Positions 9,547-19,669 are shown, counted from the first letter of the stretch. The stretch: DNA of 64,000 nucleotides from Obrimoposthia wandeli (GCA_977020255.1 CDROCS010003444.1:62001-126000); one strand, 5' to 3'. Notes: generated from the letters alone by a model not told the origin. Made by a program: numbers and translations.

Positions 9547-12432
9547 CTATTCTAATTGCAAACCTGTGGTTGTTTTCATTTCTTCTAATTCTGTTTCTTC
9601 TAATTCTGTTTCTTCTATTTCTGCTTCTATTTCTGCTTCTGCTTCTGTTTCTGCTTCTGCTTCTATTTCTGCTTCTATTTCTATTTCTATTTCTGCTTCT
9701 GCTTCTGCTTCTGCTTCTGCTTCTGCTTGTATAGCATGAATCAAAGCTTCCGGCTGCACTGGCTCAGCTGAGAGAATTTTTGCGATAATTGCTGACTGAT
9801 TTTGTAACAAAATTATCATTTCATCTGCTTTAATAGGCTTAGTATAGAAGTATCCTTGGCCTACATCACAACCAAATTTTTGTAATACTGCAATTTGATC
9901 AATCTCTTCAATTCCTTCTGCTACAACTTTCATACCTAGGCGATGAGCCATTGAAATAACCGATTCTGTTAGCGCAGCATCTTTTTCTTTATCAACAATA
10001 CCTGTAATGAAACAGCGATCTACCTTCAGAGTTTTCACAGGAAAACGCGTTAGGTAATTTAACGAACTATAGCCGGTACCAAAATCATCAATACTTAATG
10101 ACACGCCCAAAGCTAAAAGCTTATTGAGGATAGGCAAAACAATGTCAAACCTTTCAGCTAATAGAGTTTCTGTGATTTCTAACTCTAGTAATGCAGGATT
10201 AAGATCTTCCGTTGCCAATACATCTCTCACGACACCTACAATATCATCATTATTTAACTGCCTCATAGACAAGTTAACCGCCATCGTTAAAGGCTGATCA
10301 GATTCCTGTTGAAACCTTTTTAAATCTTTACACGCTTGATATAGTGCGAATTCACCCATTTTTTGAATAGCGCCAATCGTTTCAGCAGCACTAATAAATT
10401 CATCTGGTCCGACATAACCCAATTTAGGGCTTTGCCAACGCATCAAGGCTTCGAAACTACACACTGTATAATCAGATATTTTATTCTTAGTTTGATACAC
10501 CATATAAAGCTCATCATTATCTAGTGCGGTGCGAATTTCTGACTCTAGCTCTAACTTACGCTGACTTTTCTTCTCTAATTCTTCATCAAAAAAACTGTAG
10601 CAATTTCGCCCTGAGTCTTTAGAGAAGTACAACGCAATATCAGCGTTTTTAAGCATTGTGGTTTCATCACTACAATCTAGTGGAAAACGTGAAACACCCA
10701 TACTAACCGTCACAAACAGCTCTTTCCCTTCTAAGGTAATCGGCTGAGTAATCACATCTATGGCCTCATCGATCAATACCACTATCTCAGTTTTTTCTTC
10801 ATAAGGTAGAAAAGCTAAAAATTCATCACCACTCATATGACAAGCAGTGCCTTTTTGATGCATAACTTGATTCAAGCGACTGGCAACCGTTTGCAAAAGC
10901 TGATCACCTATCGCATGACCAAACCGGTCATTTACAGACTTAAAGTTATCTAAATCAAGGTATATTAGTGCTACGTTAGTTTCGTTCCTTCGCGCTTCTA
11001 CCAACTCTTTTTGCAGTAAAATCGAAGAATTACGTCTATTAGGGAGATTAGTTAGAGAATCATAGTAAGCTTGCTTATACAATCTAGCTTCCGCTTTTTT
11101 ACGATCCGTTATATTTTGCGTAATGATAATAAAGCTATCATCTTGATCATTTTCTAGCGTCATTTTACTAATAGAAAAGGAAAACCACTGCTGCTGAGCT
11201 TCATCACAACGCTCACAATACCAGTTTTCGCCTAGATTCAACGTGACAAGTATTTTATCTAAATCTGGTTTTAGTAAATTGTGCGGTTTTGAATCAACTA
11301 ACACAGTATTAGGCGATATATTTATAATTTGCCCAGTACCATCCAATAATTTACGGTTAGCATATTCTGTTACCCAGCGCCCATTGGTAACAATAACACT
11401 ACTAGGGCTTTGCTCAATGGCATGTGATAGCTTAGAAACACTGTGCTGCGCAACTACTTTCTCTTCTTCAAACAAATATGCGCGACGAATGCTGATTCGC
11501 AACACTAACAATCCGAGCAAGGCGACGGCTAAAACGACTAAAGTGGCAAATTGCATACGTGTGAACCACACGTCCCACAGCTTATTATATTGGATAGACA
11601 CCACAACGTAGCCATTAAAGTTAGGCACTTTTTTAGCACTAAAAAAGATATCACCCTCGGGGGTGTTGGCGCTGCCTAAACCTACCGTTTTATCATCGAT
11701 CAAAGCCAATTCAGGAATCAAATCTGGTGCTATGCGTGCGGTTCCAAAACTTTGCAAGAAGGATTTTTTCTCAGGATAAGAAGCATAAATATACCCTCTA
11801 TCGTTACTCAATAAAACTTTAGCATTATCAATTGATACCGCTGATTTATTCCAAATGCCATCCGGCCCGATAATTTGATAAGCGGCCGCTAGATAACCCG
11901 TAACTTTGCTATTTTCGTCAAAAATAGGCACCCTAAGCGGCAGATAGTGCTCTCCAAAAGATGTCATTCGAAAAGGTAAACCTACCGAGGGTAAATGAGT
12001 GTCTTTATGATCGAATAGTCGAATCCAGTCTCCGCCCTCATAAATCCCTTCAGCAATCACCACTTTATTATCTGCATCTAAAATAGCGACCGCTTTCATT
12101 TGCTTACTGACACGAGATAGCTCACTAATTACATCTTGTGCATGTAATGAAGCCACTGTAGTCATATCGAATTTTGCAGCTGTTGTGAGTAAAACATCTT
12201 CTTGAAATGTTAAAAAACGAGACATTTCTTCTGTTAAGGAATTCGCATGGGGAGATAAAGCACTTCTAGATTTAAGATAAATGCTATTCCAAATACTCAG
12301 ACCAACGACAATCAAAGCGAGTATCATTAATGCAACAAGCCCAAAATATAAAAGTCTAAACCATCTACCTTTTTTGTTGCCAAAATAATTTGGTAAAAAT
12401 TTATTAGGTCGTGAAATCTCTACTAATTTCAT
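9547..12432 (-). CDS. membrane sensor (periplasmic Cache-like + PAS) GGDEF-EAL protein
   Basis: Two TM segments flank a periplasmic domain. DSLTNLPNRR, YLDLDNFKSVNDRFGHAIGD, SGDEF, FEALMRW, LELEITE, IDDFGTGYSSL and VVAEGIE motifs are present. Confidence 0.93.
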   Translation of the reverse strand: MKLVEISRPNKFLPNYFGNKKGRWFRLLYFGLVALMILALIVVGLSIWNSIYLKSRSALSPHANSLTEEMSRFLTFQEDVLLTTAAKFDMTTVASLHAQDVISELSRVSKQMKAVAILDADNKVVIAEGIYEGGDWIRLFDHKDTHLPSVGLPFRMTSFGEHYLPLRVPIFDENSKVTGYLAAAYQIIGPDGIWNKSAVSIDNAKVLLSNDRGYIYASYPEKKSFLQSFGTARIAPDLIPELALIDDKTVGLGSANTPEGDIFFSAKKVPNFNGYVVVSIQYNKLWDVWFTRMQFATLVVLAVALLGLLVLRISIRRAYLFEEEKVVAQHSVSKLSHAIEQSPSSVIVTNGRWVTEYANRKLLDGTGQIINISPNTVLVDSKPHNLLKPDLDKILVTLNLGENWYCERCDEAQQQWFSFSISKMTLENDQDDSFIIITQNITDRKKAEARLYKQAYYDSLTNLPNRRNSSILLQKELVEARRNETNVALIYLDLDNFKSVNDRFGHAIGDQLLQTVASRLNQVMHQKGTACHMSGDEFLAFLPYEEKTEIVVLIDEAIDVITQPITLEGKELFVTVSMGVSRFPLDCSDETTMLKNADIALYFSKDSGRNCYSFFDEELEKKSQRKLELESEIRTALDNDELYMVYQTKNKISDYTVCSFEALMRWQSPKLGYVGPDEFISAAETIGAIQKMGEFALYQACKDLKRFQQESDQPLTMAVNLSMRQLNNDDIVGVVRDVLATEDLNPALLELEITETLLAERFDIVLPILNKLLALGVSLSIDDFGTGYSSLNYLTRFPVKTLKVDRCFITGIVDKEKDAALTESVISMAHRLGMKVVAEGIEEIDQIAVLQKFGCDVGQGYFYTKPIKADEMIILLQNQSAIIAKILSAEPVQPEALIHAIQAEAEAEAEAEAEIEIEIEAEIEAEAETEAEAEIEAEIEETELEETELEEMKTTTGLQLE
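9580..9726 (-). repeat. coding tandem repeat: 19 hexamers (GCA/ATA/ACA + GAA) followed by 2 x 15-mer
   Basis: Encodes AEAEAEAEAEAEIEIEIEAEIEAEAETEAEAEIEAEIE-ETELE-ETELE-E at the C-terminus of the EAL protein. Confidence 0.95.
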
Positions 12433-13451
12433 AAAAAATTCAAATCCATTTACTTTCTTTAAGGCATAAAATGCCGCTATTAAATATCAAAGGCAGTTTA
12501 TCTACGACTCCCTTTGAAAATAAGATTCACGTTCTATAATAATGTTAACTAAGTGCCATCGCTATTTTGTTAACTGATCCGCTGAAATGGAATGCTAAAT
12601 TCACCGCAAATTATTTTATAAATAAAACTACCACTCTTGTAGAATTGAGTGTTTGGGTTTTATACCCTCAAGAATGAAAATAAAACTTAATTACTACGTA
12701 CATTCACCAAACAAGCTAATTGTCCCAAGAAAAAAAATTAGCATCATAATAAACAATGTATCTATATCTCAAAAACTGTAATGAAACACAGAACCTTCGG
12801 TAATTACCTAGCATCAATTAATTTGATCATGCTTAATTACTATCGACTATATTAACAAAATGTTTAACTATATACGAATACACTGAATATTTAACTCGTT
12901 AGACCCGCAAATCCTTTTTAATCAAAGTCATGCAATATTAGAAAAATACGCAGATAATAGTATTATCAGTAGTAAAACCCGCTGAAGAGGTCATGAGTTA
13001 TACCTTTAAGGGGCTTATCAAAATGACGACCACCGGGCACAAACTAATTCGCTTGAAGCATCGCTCGTTGTTTAAATCACTGCTACAGCTGTATTCCCCA
13101 TCAATTTATCTGCACTAAAATGAAATTTATGATCACGGTCAATAATCAGTAGCCATCCTACCGCTTGAGAAATGACTTTAATGTTTTTAACCTGTGCTAA
13201 CCAAAATCACTTCGCCCGTTGGATTACATCAATAATCATATTTATTTAACTCCTGTGCCTAATCCATGGCTTAATTCTACTGACCTCATAATGTTTAAGA
13301 TATAACCACATGATCCCTAGATTTTTCCTGCTTTAAAAGCACATAGCCTTATCCTTCAAGAGAGCAATTGAGTGATCTGCACCTATCCGACCACGATGCA
13401 TTATTCTAACTCACGTTAACTGATACCGTGTTTACCAAGCCAACTAATTAC

Positions 13452-15959
13452 TTAGAGGTTAACTTTCTCCGCTTTAGCCTTTTCGGCTTTAGCAATGTGT
13501 ACACTAGCCTGAGCAACTGAATCGGGGTTTAATGAAATTGAGTCGATACCACACGCCACTAAAAATTCAGCAAACTCAGGATGATCAGAAGGTGCCTGCC
13601 CGCAGATTCCTACTTTACAACCACACTCATGAGCAACTTTGATCAATTGTGCAATCATACGTTTAACGGCCTCATTTCGAGCATCAAATAAGGTTTTTAA
13701 TTCAGTTGAATCTCGGTCTATGCCCAACACAAGTTGAGTTAAATCATTACTGCCAATAGAAAAACCATCAAAACGCTGAGCAAACTCTTCTGCCAGAATA
13801 ATATTTGCAGGTATCTCACACATGACATAAACCTGTAACCCGTTAATACCTCGGGTTAGCCCCGCTTCTTCCATCACCGCTAGTACTTTGTCTGCTTCAT
13901 CTGGCGTTCGACAAAAGGGGATCATAACGATGACATTGTCAAAGCCCATTTTCTCACGTACTTTCACAATTGCCTGACACTCCAACAAAAAAGCTGCGCG
14001 ATAACGCTCATTGTAATATCGTGAAGCACCACGTAAACCCAGCATTGGATTTTCTTCCGCTAATTCAAAAAACTCGCCAGCTAATAAGCCACGATATTCG
14101 TTAGATTTAAAATCTGACATTCGCACAATAACAGGTTTGGGATACTGCGATGCAGCAATTTTTGCGATACCAAGTGCCAAATTATCAACAAAATAGTCCG
14201 CTCCTGTTTTATAGCCTTGACATAACTGGTTAATTTTTTTCCTTACCCCACTATCGGTCACTTTTTCGCGATGTAGTAATGCCATAGGGTGAACACCTAT
14301 TTGGCTGGAAATAATGAACTCTATACGCGTTAAACCTATGCCAGCAACAGGCAAAGACCACCATTTAAATACACCGTCAGGCATCGCTGCATTGATCATA
14401 ATATCTGTGCTAGTGTGCGGTATTTCGGCTAAATTAACCTTATTGGTTTCAAAAGCTAATTTCCCTTCATAGACAATACCAAGTGCTCCTTGGGCACAAC
14501 TTAAGGTCACTTCTTGACCATTTTCGAGCACTTGAGTAGCATTTTCACAGCCAACAATAGCTGCTATTTTTAGTTCTCGACTGACGATAGCAGCATGACT
14601 GGTTGGCCCACCAGTATCGGTAATTATACCAGCAGCTTTACGCATTAAAGGTAACCAGTCAGGATCTGTTCTTTGAGTAACTAACATTGCCCCTTCAGGA
14701 AAAAGCTCTACATCTTCTGAGCTAACGACTTTAAACACTTTACCAGTGGCAATGGCGCTACCGACACTAGCGCCTTCTACTAATATTTTTGATTCTTCTT
14801 TCAGCTTATAATTGACTAATATCGCATGATCTTTTTGTGACTCTACCGTTTCAGGACGCGCTTGCACAATGTAGAGCTGTCCTGAAACACTATCTTTAGC
14901 CCATTCCATATCCATAGCTTGGCCGTAATGCTGCTCTATTTTTAACGCCCAGCTTGCCAATTGCAGTATTTCATCCTCTGATAAAACTAAACTATTGCGT
15001 TCTGCGATACTCGTTGCCAGAGTGACGGTACTTGTTTCACCTTTACAGATATCCTGCATTTCATCGGCATCTGCAAAGCACATTTTCTCTAATTTACTAC
15101 CGCACTTTTTTTCAATAATCGGAATATATTTGTGCTGTTTTTGACCTGCTAATTTTTTTTCGTTCTTTTCTAATAGAGATTTAAAAACCATAAACCTATC
15201 TGGAGTCACGCTACCTTTTACTATCGTTTCGCCCAATCCCCAAGCACCATTGATTTCTACGACTCCATTAAAGCCTGTTTCGGTATCAATGGTGAACATC
15301 ACCCCCGCTGCTTGGGAATTTATCATGTGTTGGACACCAACTGACAAGGCGACTTTCTCATGCTCAAAGCCCTGCTCATCTCTATATATAATGGCTCTGT
15401 CGGTATAAAGCGAAGCAAAGCATTGTTTACATGCGTTCAGTAAATTATCGATGCCAATGATGTTTAAATAACTTTCCTGCTGTCCTGCAAAGCTTGCTTC
15501 GGGTAAATCTTCTGCTGTTGCTGAACTTCTCACCGCGACGCTAGCCATATATGAATCTTGGTTTACTAGCTCATTTTGATTTAGTTTGTTCTTTTGACTT
15601 TGTTGTATTCTCGTTGATAGCTCTTGATATGCTTGAGTAATGGCACTGCTTTGCTGCTTAGTAAAATCTCCATTAGCAATTAATGTCCTAATCGCACTGC
15701 CAGTAATGGCCAACGTTTGTCGACCGGATTCATATGCATCAATATGGTATTTGATTTGCGTATTGAGTTTATTTTGTTGTAAAAACTCAATAAACAATTG
15801 TGCGCTAGTCGCAAAGCCAATAGGGACCGGCACTTCAGATTTACTCATATTTACAATCATTTCACCTAAGCTCGCATTTTTTCCGCCCACTTGTCCAAGG
15901 TTGGCAAGGCTTAACTGATCAAACCAAAATATATATTGGTCTCGTTGTTTCGACTGCAT
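13452..15959 (-). CDS. ppsA: phosphoenolpyruvate synthase
   Basis: VGGKNASLGEM, AVRSSATAEDLPEASFAGQQE, QARPETV, GGPTSHAAIVSRE (catalytic His), GFSIGSNDLTQL and GICGQAPSD. Likely start is the ATG at 15959, after an AAGGA RBS. Confidence 0.96.
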   Translation of the reverse strand: MQSKQRDQYIFWFDQLSLANLGQVGGKNASLGEMIVNMSKSEVPVPIGFATSAQLFIEFLQQNKLNTQIKYHIDAYESGRQTLAITGSAIRTLIANGDFTKQQSSAITQAYQELSTRIQQSQKNKLNQNELVNQDSYMASVAVRSSATAEDLPEASFAGQQESYLNIIGIDNLLNACKQCFASLYTDRAIIYRDEQGFEHEKVALSVGVQHMINSQAAGVMFTIDTETGFNGVVEINGAWGLGETIVKGSVTPDRFMVFKSLLEKNEKKLAGQKQHKYIPIIEKKCGSKLEKMCFADADEMQDICKGETSTVTLATSIAERNSLVLSEDEILQLASWALKIEQHYGQAMDMEWAKDSVSGQLYIVQARPETVESQKDHAILVNYKLKEESKILVEGASVGSAIATGKVFKVVSSEDVELFPEGAMLVTQRTDPDWLPLMRKAAGIITDTGGPTSHAAIVSRELKIAAIVGCENATQVLENGQEVTLSCAQGALGIVYEGKLAFETNKVNLAEIPHTSTDIMINAAMPDGVFKWWSLPVAGIGLTRIEFIISSQIGVHPMALLHREKVTDSGVRKKINQLCQGYKTGADYFVDNLALGIAKIAASQYPKPVIVRMSDFKSNEYRGLLAGEFFELAEENPMLGLRGASRYYNERYRAAFLLECQAIVKVREKMGFDNVIVMIPFCRTPDEADKVLAVMEEAGLTRGINGLQVYVMCEIPANIILAEEFAQRFDGFSIGSNDLTQLVLGIDRDSTELKTLFDARNEAVKRMIAQLIKVAHECGCKVGICGQAPSDHPEFAEFLVACGIDSISLNPDSVAQASVHIAKAEKAKAEKVNL

Positions 15960-16640
15960 ATCCATTTCCTTTTTCATATTTAAATTAAAGACTATAAACT
16001 CAACTTGAAACATAGCGAAAGCACTCTTAAACCGCTGCAAATTAGGGTAATTAGCGTTACTAATTTTTATCCCAATTGACTTTTATACACCTCTCCATAT
16101 TTAACAAAATAAGCTCCGTAACAAAAACCTAACAAAGAGTATCTGGATTAAAACGCTTCTTCGATTTTACTAAGAACGAGTAAATAATGTGTGATCAGAT
16201 CAGTCCCTGCTGTGCATGCCGCCTCTTACTCATATTGCTTGATTTTTAATTGACTTAGTTTGAACATGTACTCAACTTCATAACCTTTAATCCTGTCATT
16301 GCCTATTCTCATCGACTGAACTCCACTGACAGCATTGATGAGCCGATTTAATTTACTATGATCCCTTCCACTACATCATTGAGAGACCTAGCCTGTCATT
16401 GTTACTAGTGTTCAGAGCACATGTCTTCTTTCTTTACCTGCCTAATAAAATCCATTAATAATATGTATAATTTATTATTACATGGCTAAAAAAACCATTG
16501 CTACGCTGCTTACACATATCCAATTAAATTTGGAATAGCCACTTAAGTGCCGATACCGAATATGCTCTTCCACTTTTTTGGAACTTTCATAACAACAATA
16601 TAGTGTAAGTTAGTTCTGCTTTAACAAAATTTATGTATCT

Positions 16641-16681
16641 TTGATAATTATCAATTTTTAGCCGATTTTTATAAATATAAT
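16641..16681 (+). promoter_or_regulatory. FNR/Anr box with a class II promoter
   Basis: TTGAT-AATT-ATCAA at 16641-16654 is a perfect consensus. TATAAT at 16676-16681 puts the box centre about 41.5 nt before a start near 16689. Confidence 0.75.
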
Positions 16682-16855
16682 TAGTGATGAATACTCGTGC
16701 CTACAAATTACATCTCAACAATTGTCGATACATTGAGATTTGACAAGCCACAACCAAATTAAAAAGTTTAGACTATCCATGAACAAGACAAAAAATCGCT
16801 AATTACTGATACCTGAGTCATGAATAATGAACGGAAGTACCTGAGCCATGAGACA

Positions 16856-16873
16856 GAAGAAGAAGAAGAAGAA
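16856..16873 (+). repeat. (GAA)6 microsatellite, preceded by a 14-bp direct repeat
   Basis: gaagaagaagaagaagaa. tacctgagtcatga at 16810 and tacctgagccatga at 16838. Confidence 0.8.
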
Positions 16874-17197
16874 AGGAATTCAAAGAATGTAAAACACTGA
16901 TGCATCAAGTATCTCAACGCTAGAGTAGCAGCTAATTATAGTAAACCGAACGGCCTATTAGCGACGTTTGCTTACTCATTAGTTCTGGATTTGTAATTAA
17001 AAAAAATTCATTTTCTTCCGCCAACTTTTACTGTGCAGCAGTACCTTAAATTGATCATTTGTGCTTCTCGCCAATAAAAGTAGATATTATCCAATAACTC
17101 AGTAAACTTTGAGAAACAACCCTTTTACACGTATTACGTTCCACTCCTACTCTGCGTGATAAATTAACAATGTACTCCGGCCAGTACACAAAAGCAG

Positions 17198-18154
17198 GTG
17201 AAAATGGCAACTTTTCTTTCTATCGCCCTTAACCCAACCATAGACATCTCGAGTGAAGCAGAAAAGGTTGCTCCGGTTCAAAAAATAAGAACTCACAACG
17301 AGAAATTTTTCCCCGGTGGTGGAGGCGTTAATGTTGCTAGGGTTATTGCTATGCTGGGAGGAACCGTTGAACTGTTATTTTTAGCAGGAGGTGCAACGGG
17401 GCCTATATTGCAAGAATGTCTGGATAAGATTGACATTGAATGTTGTAAAATTAACATTCAACAATCTACCCGGTTTGCCTATATGGTCTATGAACAAAAA
17501 ACCGGGTTGGAATATCGTTTTGTAACAGAAGGCCCGACTGTTAGTCAAAATGAACTCAATCAAGTATTAGAACACGTAGAAAAATTTGAAGGCGATTATA
17601 TTATTCTCAGTGGTAGCCTGCCGCAGGGAGTACCGAGTAACACCTACGCCTTGATAGCTGATATTGCTAGGCGTAACAATATTCCTTGCATTGTTGACTG
17701 CTCAGGAGAAAGTCTTAAATGTGTGCTAGAGACGGGAAATATCTTCCTTATTAAACCCAACCTTCGCGAGTTAGAAGAACTTGTTGGCAGCAGCTTAGAC
17801 CCGCTGTCTGCTCAAAAAGCTGCATTGGGGTTGGTGAGAAACGGATCTGTCCAGAATGTTGTTGTATCCATGGGCGCTACAGGGGCTTTTTTAGCTAACA
17901 AAGAAGGTACGTTATTTATCCCTGCCGGATCGGTCACTGTTCGCTCTGCTGTAGGCGCCGGCGATAGCTTTGTTGGGGCAATGGTCTACTCATTAGCAGC
18001 TGGTAACAGTATTCAAAATGCATTTAAATTCGGCGTGGCCGCTGGGGGAGCTGCGGTCATGACTCCGGGAACTGAGCTATGTAAACCAGAAGATGTATTT
18101 CTCCTCTATGAAGCTATTCTCAATGGTGTTCATAAAGCCGATGTATTGAGTTGA
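17198..18154 (+). CDS. pfkB: PfkB-family hexose-phosphate kinase (1-PFK / 6-PFK II type)
   Basis: IALNPTID, PGGGGVNVARVI, LSGSLPQG, IKPNLREL and SAVGAGDSFVGAM motifs. Exact substrate is not determinable from sequence. Confidence 0.85.
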   Translation: MKMATFLSIALNPTIDISSEAEKVAPVQKIRTHNEKFFPGGGGVNVARVIAMLGGTVELLFLAGGATGPILQECLDKIDIECCKINIQQSTRFAYMVYEQKTGLEYRFVTEGPTVSQNELNQVLEHVEKFEGDYIILSGSLPQGVPSNTYALIADIARRNNIPCIVDCSGESLKCVLETGNIFLIKPNLRELEELVGSSLDPLSAQKAALGLVRNGSVQNVVVSMGATGAFLANKEGTLFIPAGSVTVRSAVGAGDSFVGAMVYSLAAGNSIQNAFKFGVAAGGAAVMTPGTELCKPEDVFLLYEAILNGVHKADVLS

Positions 18155-18521
18155 ATTTTTTATTTCCATTGGAAAAAACTATAGAGTATCCAATTGCAAA
18201 TACTTATTCGCTACAAATAAGCTACCCTCTCCATATGCCAGCACTTTGAATGCTCTTCATTCAGCTAGTGCAAGACTGGTTGGAGTTGAGTTAGCTCATA
18301 TAACTAGCAAAACTGTTTGAATCCACTGGTAAATTTTCTGATAGCCAATTTCTAATTGGCTTGCTGAATGAATATGCTAGAGCTTGGCTTTTTAAGTTCA
18401 ATCGAAACCTTAGACACTACCAATATGACTCTACCTGTTTTAAATCTGAGAAAATGAAAAGTGAAAGGCTAGCAAGCATACTCAGTTTGCAAGTAGCTTT
18501 AACTATATTCTATTAATACGC

Positions 18522-19040
18522 TCATGCTTCTCGCTTAATTGAATTGTTACTATCTCTATAGTTTACCAATCCTTTTAATACGTGTTTGGCCGTCGGGGGT
18601 GGGTTCGACCCCATCTCTTGATGAGCTAATTCTAAGTGCTGTAAAAAATACTCAGATGGAGCCCGTCCAGAAAAGTCATCTAAACTGGGTGAAAACTTAA
18701 TACCGACAATACCACATATCGCTTTCTCCAATCCTTGCGGCCTCGCTTCGACAAGCTCAAAATCAAGTTGTTCTTCTTCTGATCTACCGCAAGGTGAATA
18801 CCAAAAACCGAAATCATCTAGGCTTCTTCGTCGATCACCTGCTAAGCAAAAGTGAGAAACTTCATGCAGAAGGCTTCTTGGGTAATTATCTCGAAAATAC
18901 AAAACGGCATTAGCACTCTCGGTTGGCGCTGCATAAAACGGTTCTTCAGCTCCTCCTTGTATGCTCAAGGTAGGTAAAATTTCACTAAACGCGTTTATTA
19001 AATACTGACAGCACTTATCATCGGTAGAATATAGAGTCAT
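18522..19040 (-). CDS. epmC: elongation factor P hydroxylase
   Basis: GGAEEPFYAAP, LLHEVSHFCLAGDRRRSLDDFGFWYSPCGR and VEARPQGLE match the YfcM/EpmC pattern. Confidence 0.85.
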   Translation of the reverse strand: MTLYSTDDKCCQYLINAFSEILPTLSIQGGAEEPFYAAPTESANAVLYFRDNYPRSLLHEVSHFCLAGDRRRSLDDFGFWYSPCGRSEEEQLDFELVEARPQGLEKAICGIVGIKFSPSLDDFSGRAPSEYFLQHLELAHQEMGSNPPPTAKHVLKGLVNYRDSNNSIKREA

Positions 19041-19189
19041 TTATTCATTTCCTAGTACAACTATCCCCTTAAATTGATCACAGCGTATATACTAATGCTG
19101 TCGAGTATTATTACTTCATATTAAAAGTGCATTGCTTTATGTTCGTCCATCGCCAAAGTAAAGCTTCGGCTATTCAACATTCTATCAAG

Positions 19190-19630
19190 CTAACAACGAA
19201 TTTTATCAACTCTGCGCTGATGCCTACCACCCTCAAAACTAGTGTTCAAAAAGGTATCAGTAATTTCTTTTGCCTCTTCTAAACTGACAAATCTGGCAGG
19301 AATTGATACAATATTTGCATCATTATGAGATCTTGCCAGTTTAGCTAACTCTGAATTCCAAGCTAACGCACAACGCACTCCTTGATGCTTGTTTACTGTC
19401 ATCGCAACACCGTTACCACTGCCGCAAATAATAATCCCTAAATCAAAACGGCCACTTTCAACCGCATCTGCAACAGGATGAACAAAATCAGCATAATCAC
19501 ACGATTGTGTATTATAAGGACCAAAATCTTTTGTCTCTATTTCTTGAAGTTCTAATTGAGCAATAATCTCTTTTTTGTACTCAAAACCGGCGTGATCACC
19601 ACCTAATGCAACTTTCATCGTTTGAACCAA
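19190..19630 (-). CDS. rpiB: ribose-5-phosphate isomerase B
   Basis: GGDHAG, ICGSGNG, ARSHNDAN and FEGGRHQRR motifs. Confidence 0.95.
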   Translation of the reverse strand: MVQTMKVALGGDHAGFEYKKEIIAQLELQEIETKDFGPYNTQSCDYADFVHPVADAVESGRFDLGIIICGSGNGVAMTVNKHQGVRCALAWNSELAKLARSHNDANIVSIPARFVSLEEAKEITDTFLNTSFEGGRHQRRVDKIRC

Positions 19631-19669
19631 AGTCCTTTTAATTGATAACGAGGGGAATAATCAGCTTCA

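Noticed and set aside
9580-9726. Repeat array as a possible CRISPR
   Set aside because: Contiguous 6-bp units with no spacers, in frame within a CDS, and no cas genes.
9518-9739. Ser/Ala/Ile-rich 73-aa ORF on the + strand
   Set aside because: Antisense shadow of the hexamer repeat in the GGDEF-EAL gene.
16205-16365. Short open stretch on the - strand (…SKLNRLINAVSGVQSMRIGNDRIKGYEVEY…) with a faint BON/HMA-like look
   Set aside because: Under 50 codons, no good start or RBS, and the similarity is too weak to support a pseudogene call without a search.
18300-18520. ~70-codon open frame on the + strand between pfkB and epmC
   Set aside because: No start codon near its 5' end and no recognisable motif. 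It might be a remnant but is unsupported.
18601-18612. gggttcgacccc resembling a tRNA T-loop
   Set aside because: Lies inside epmC, and no cloverleaf can be built around it.
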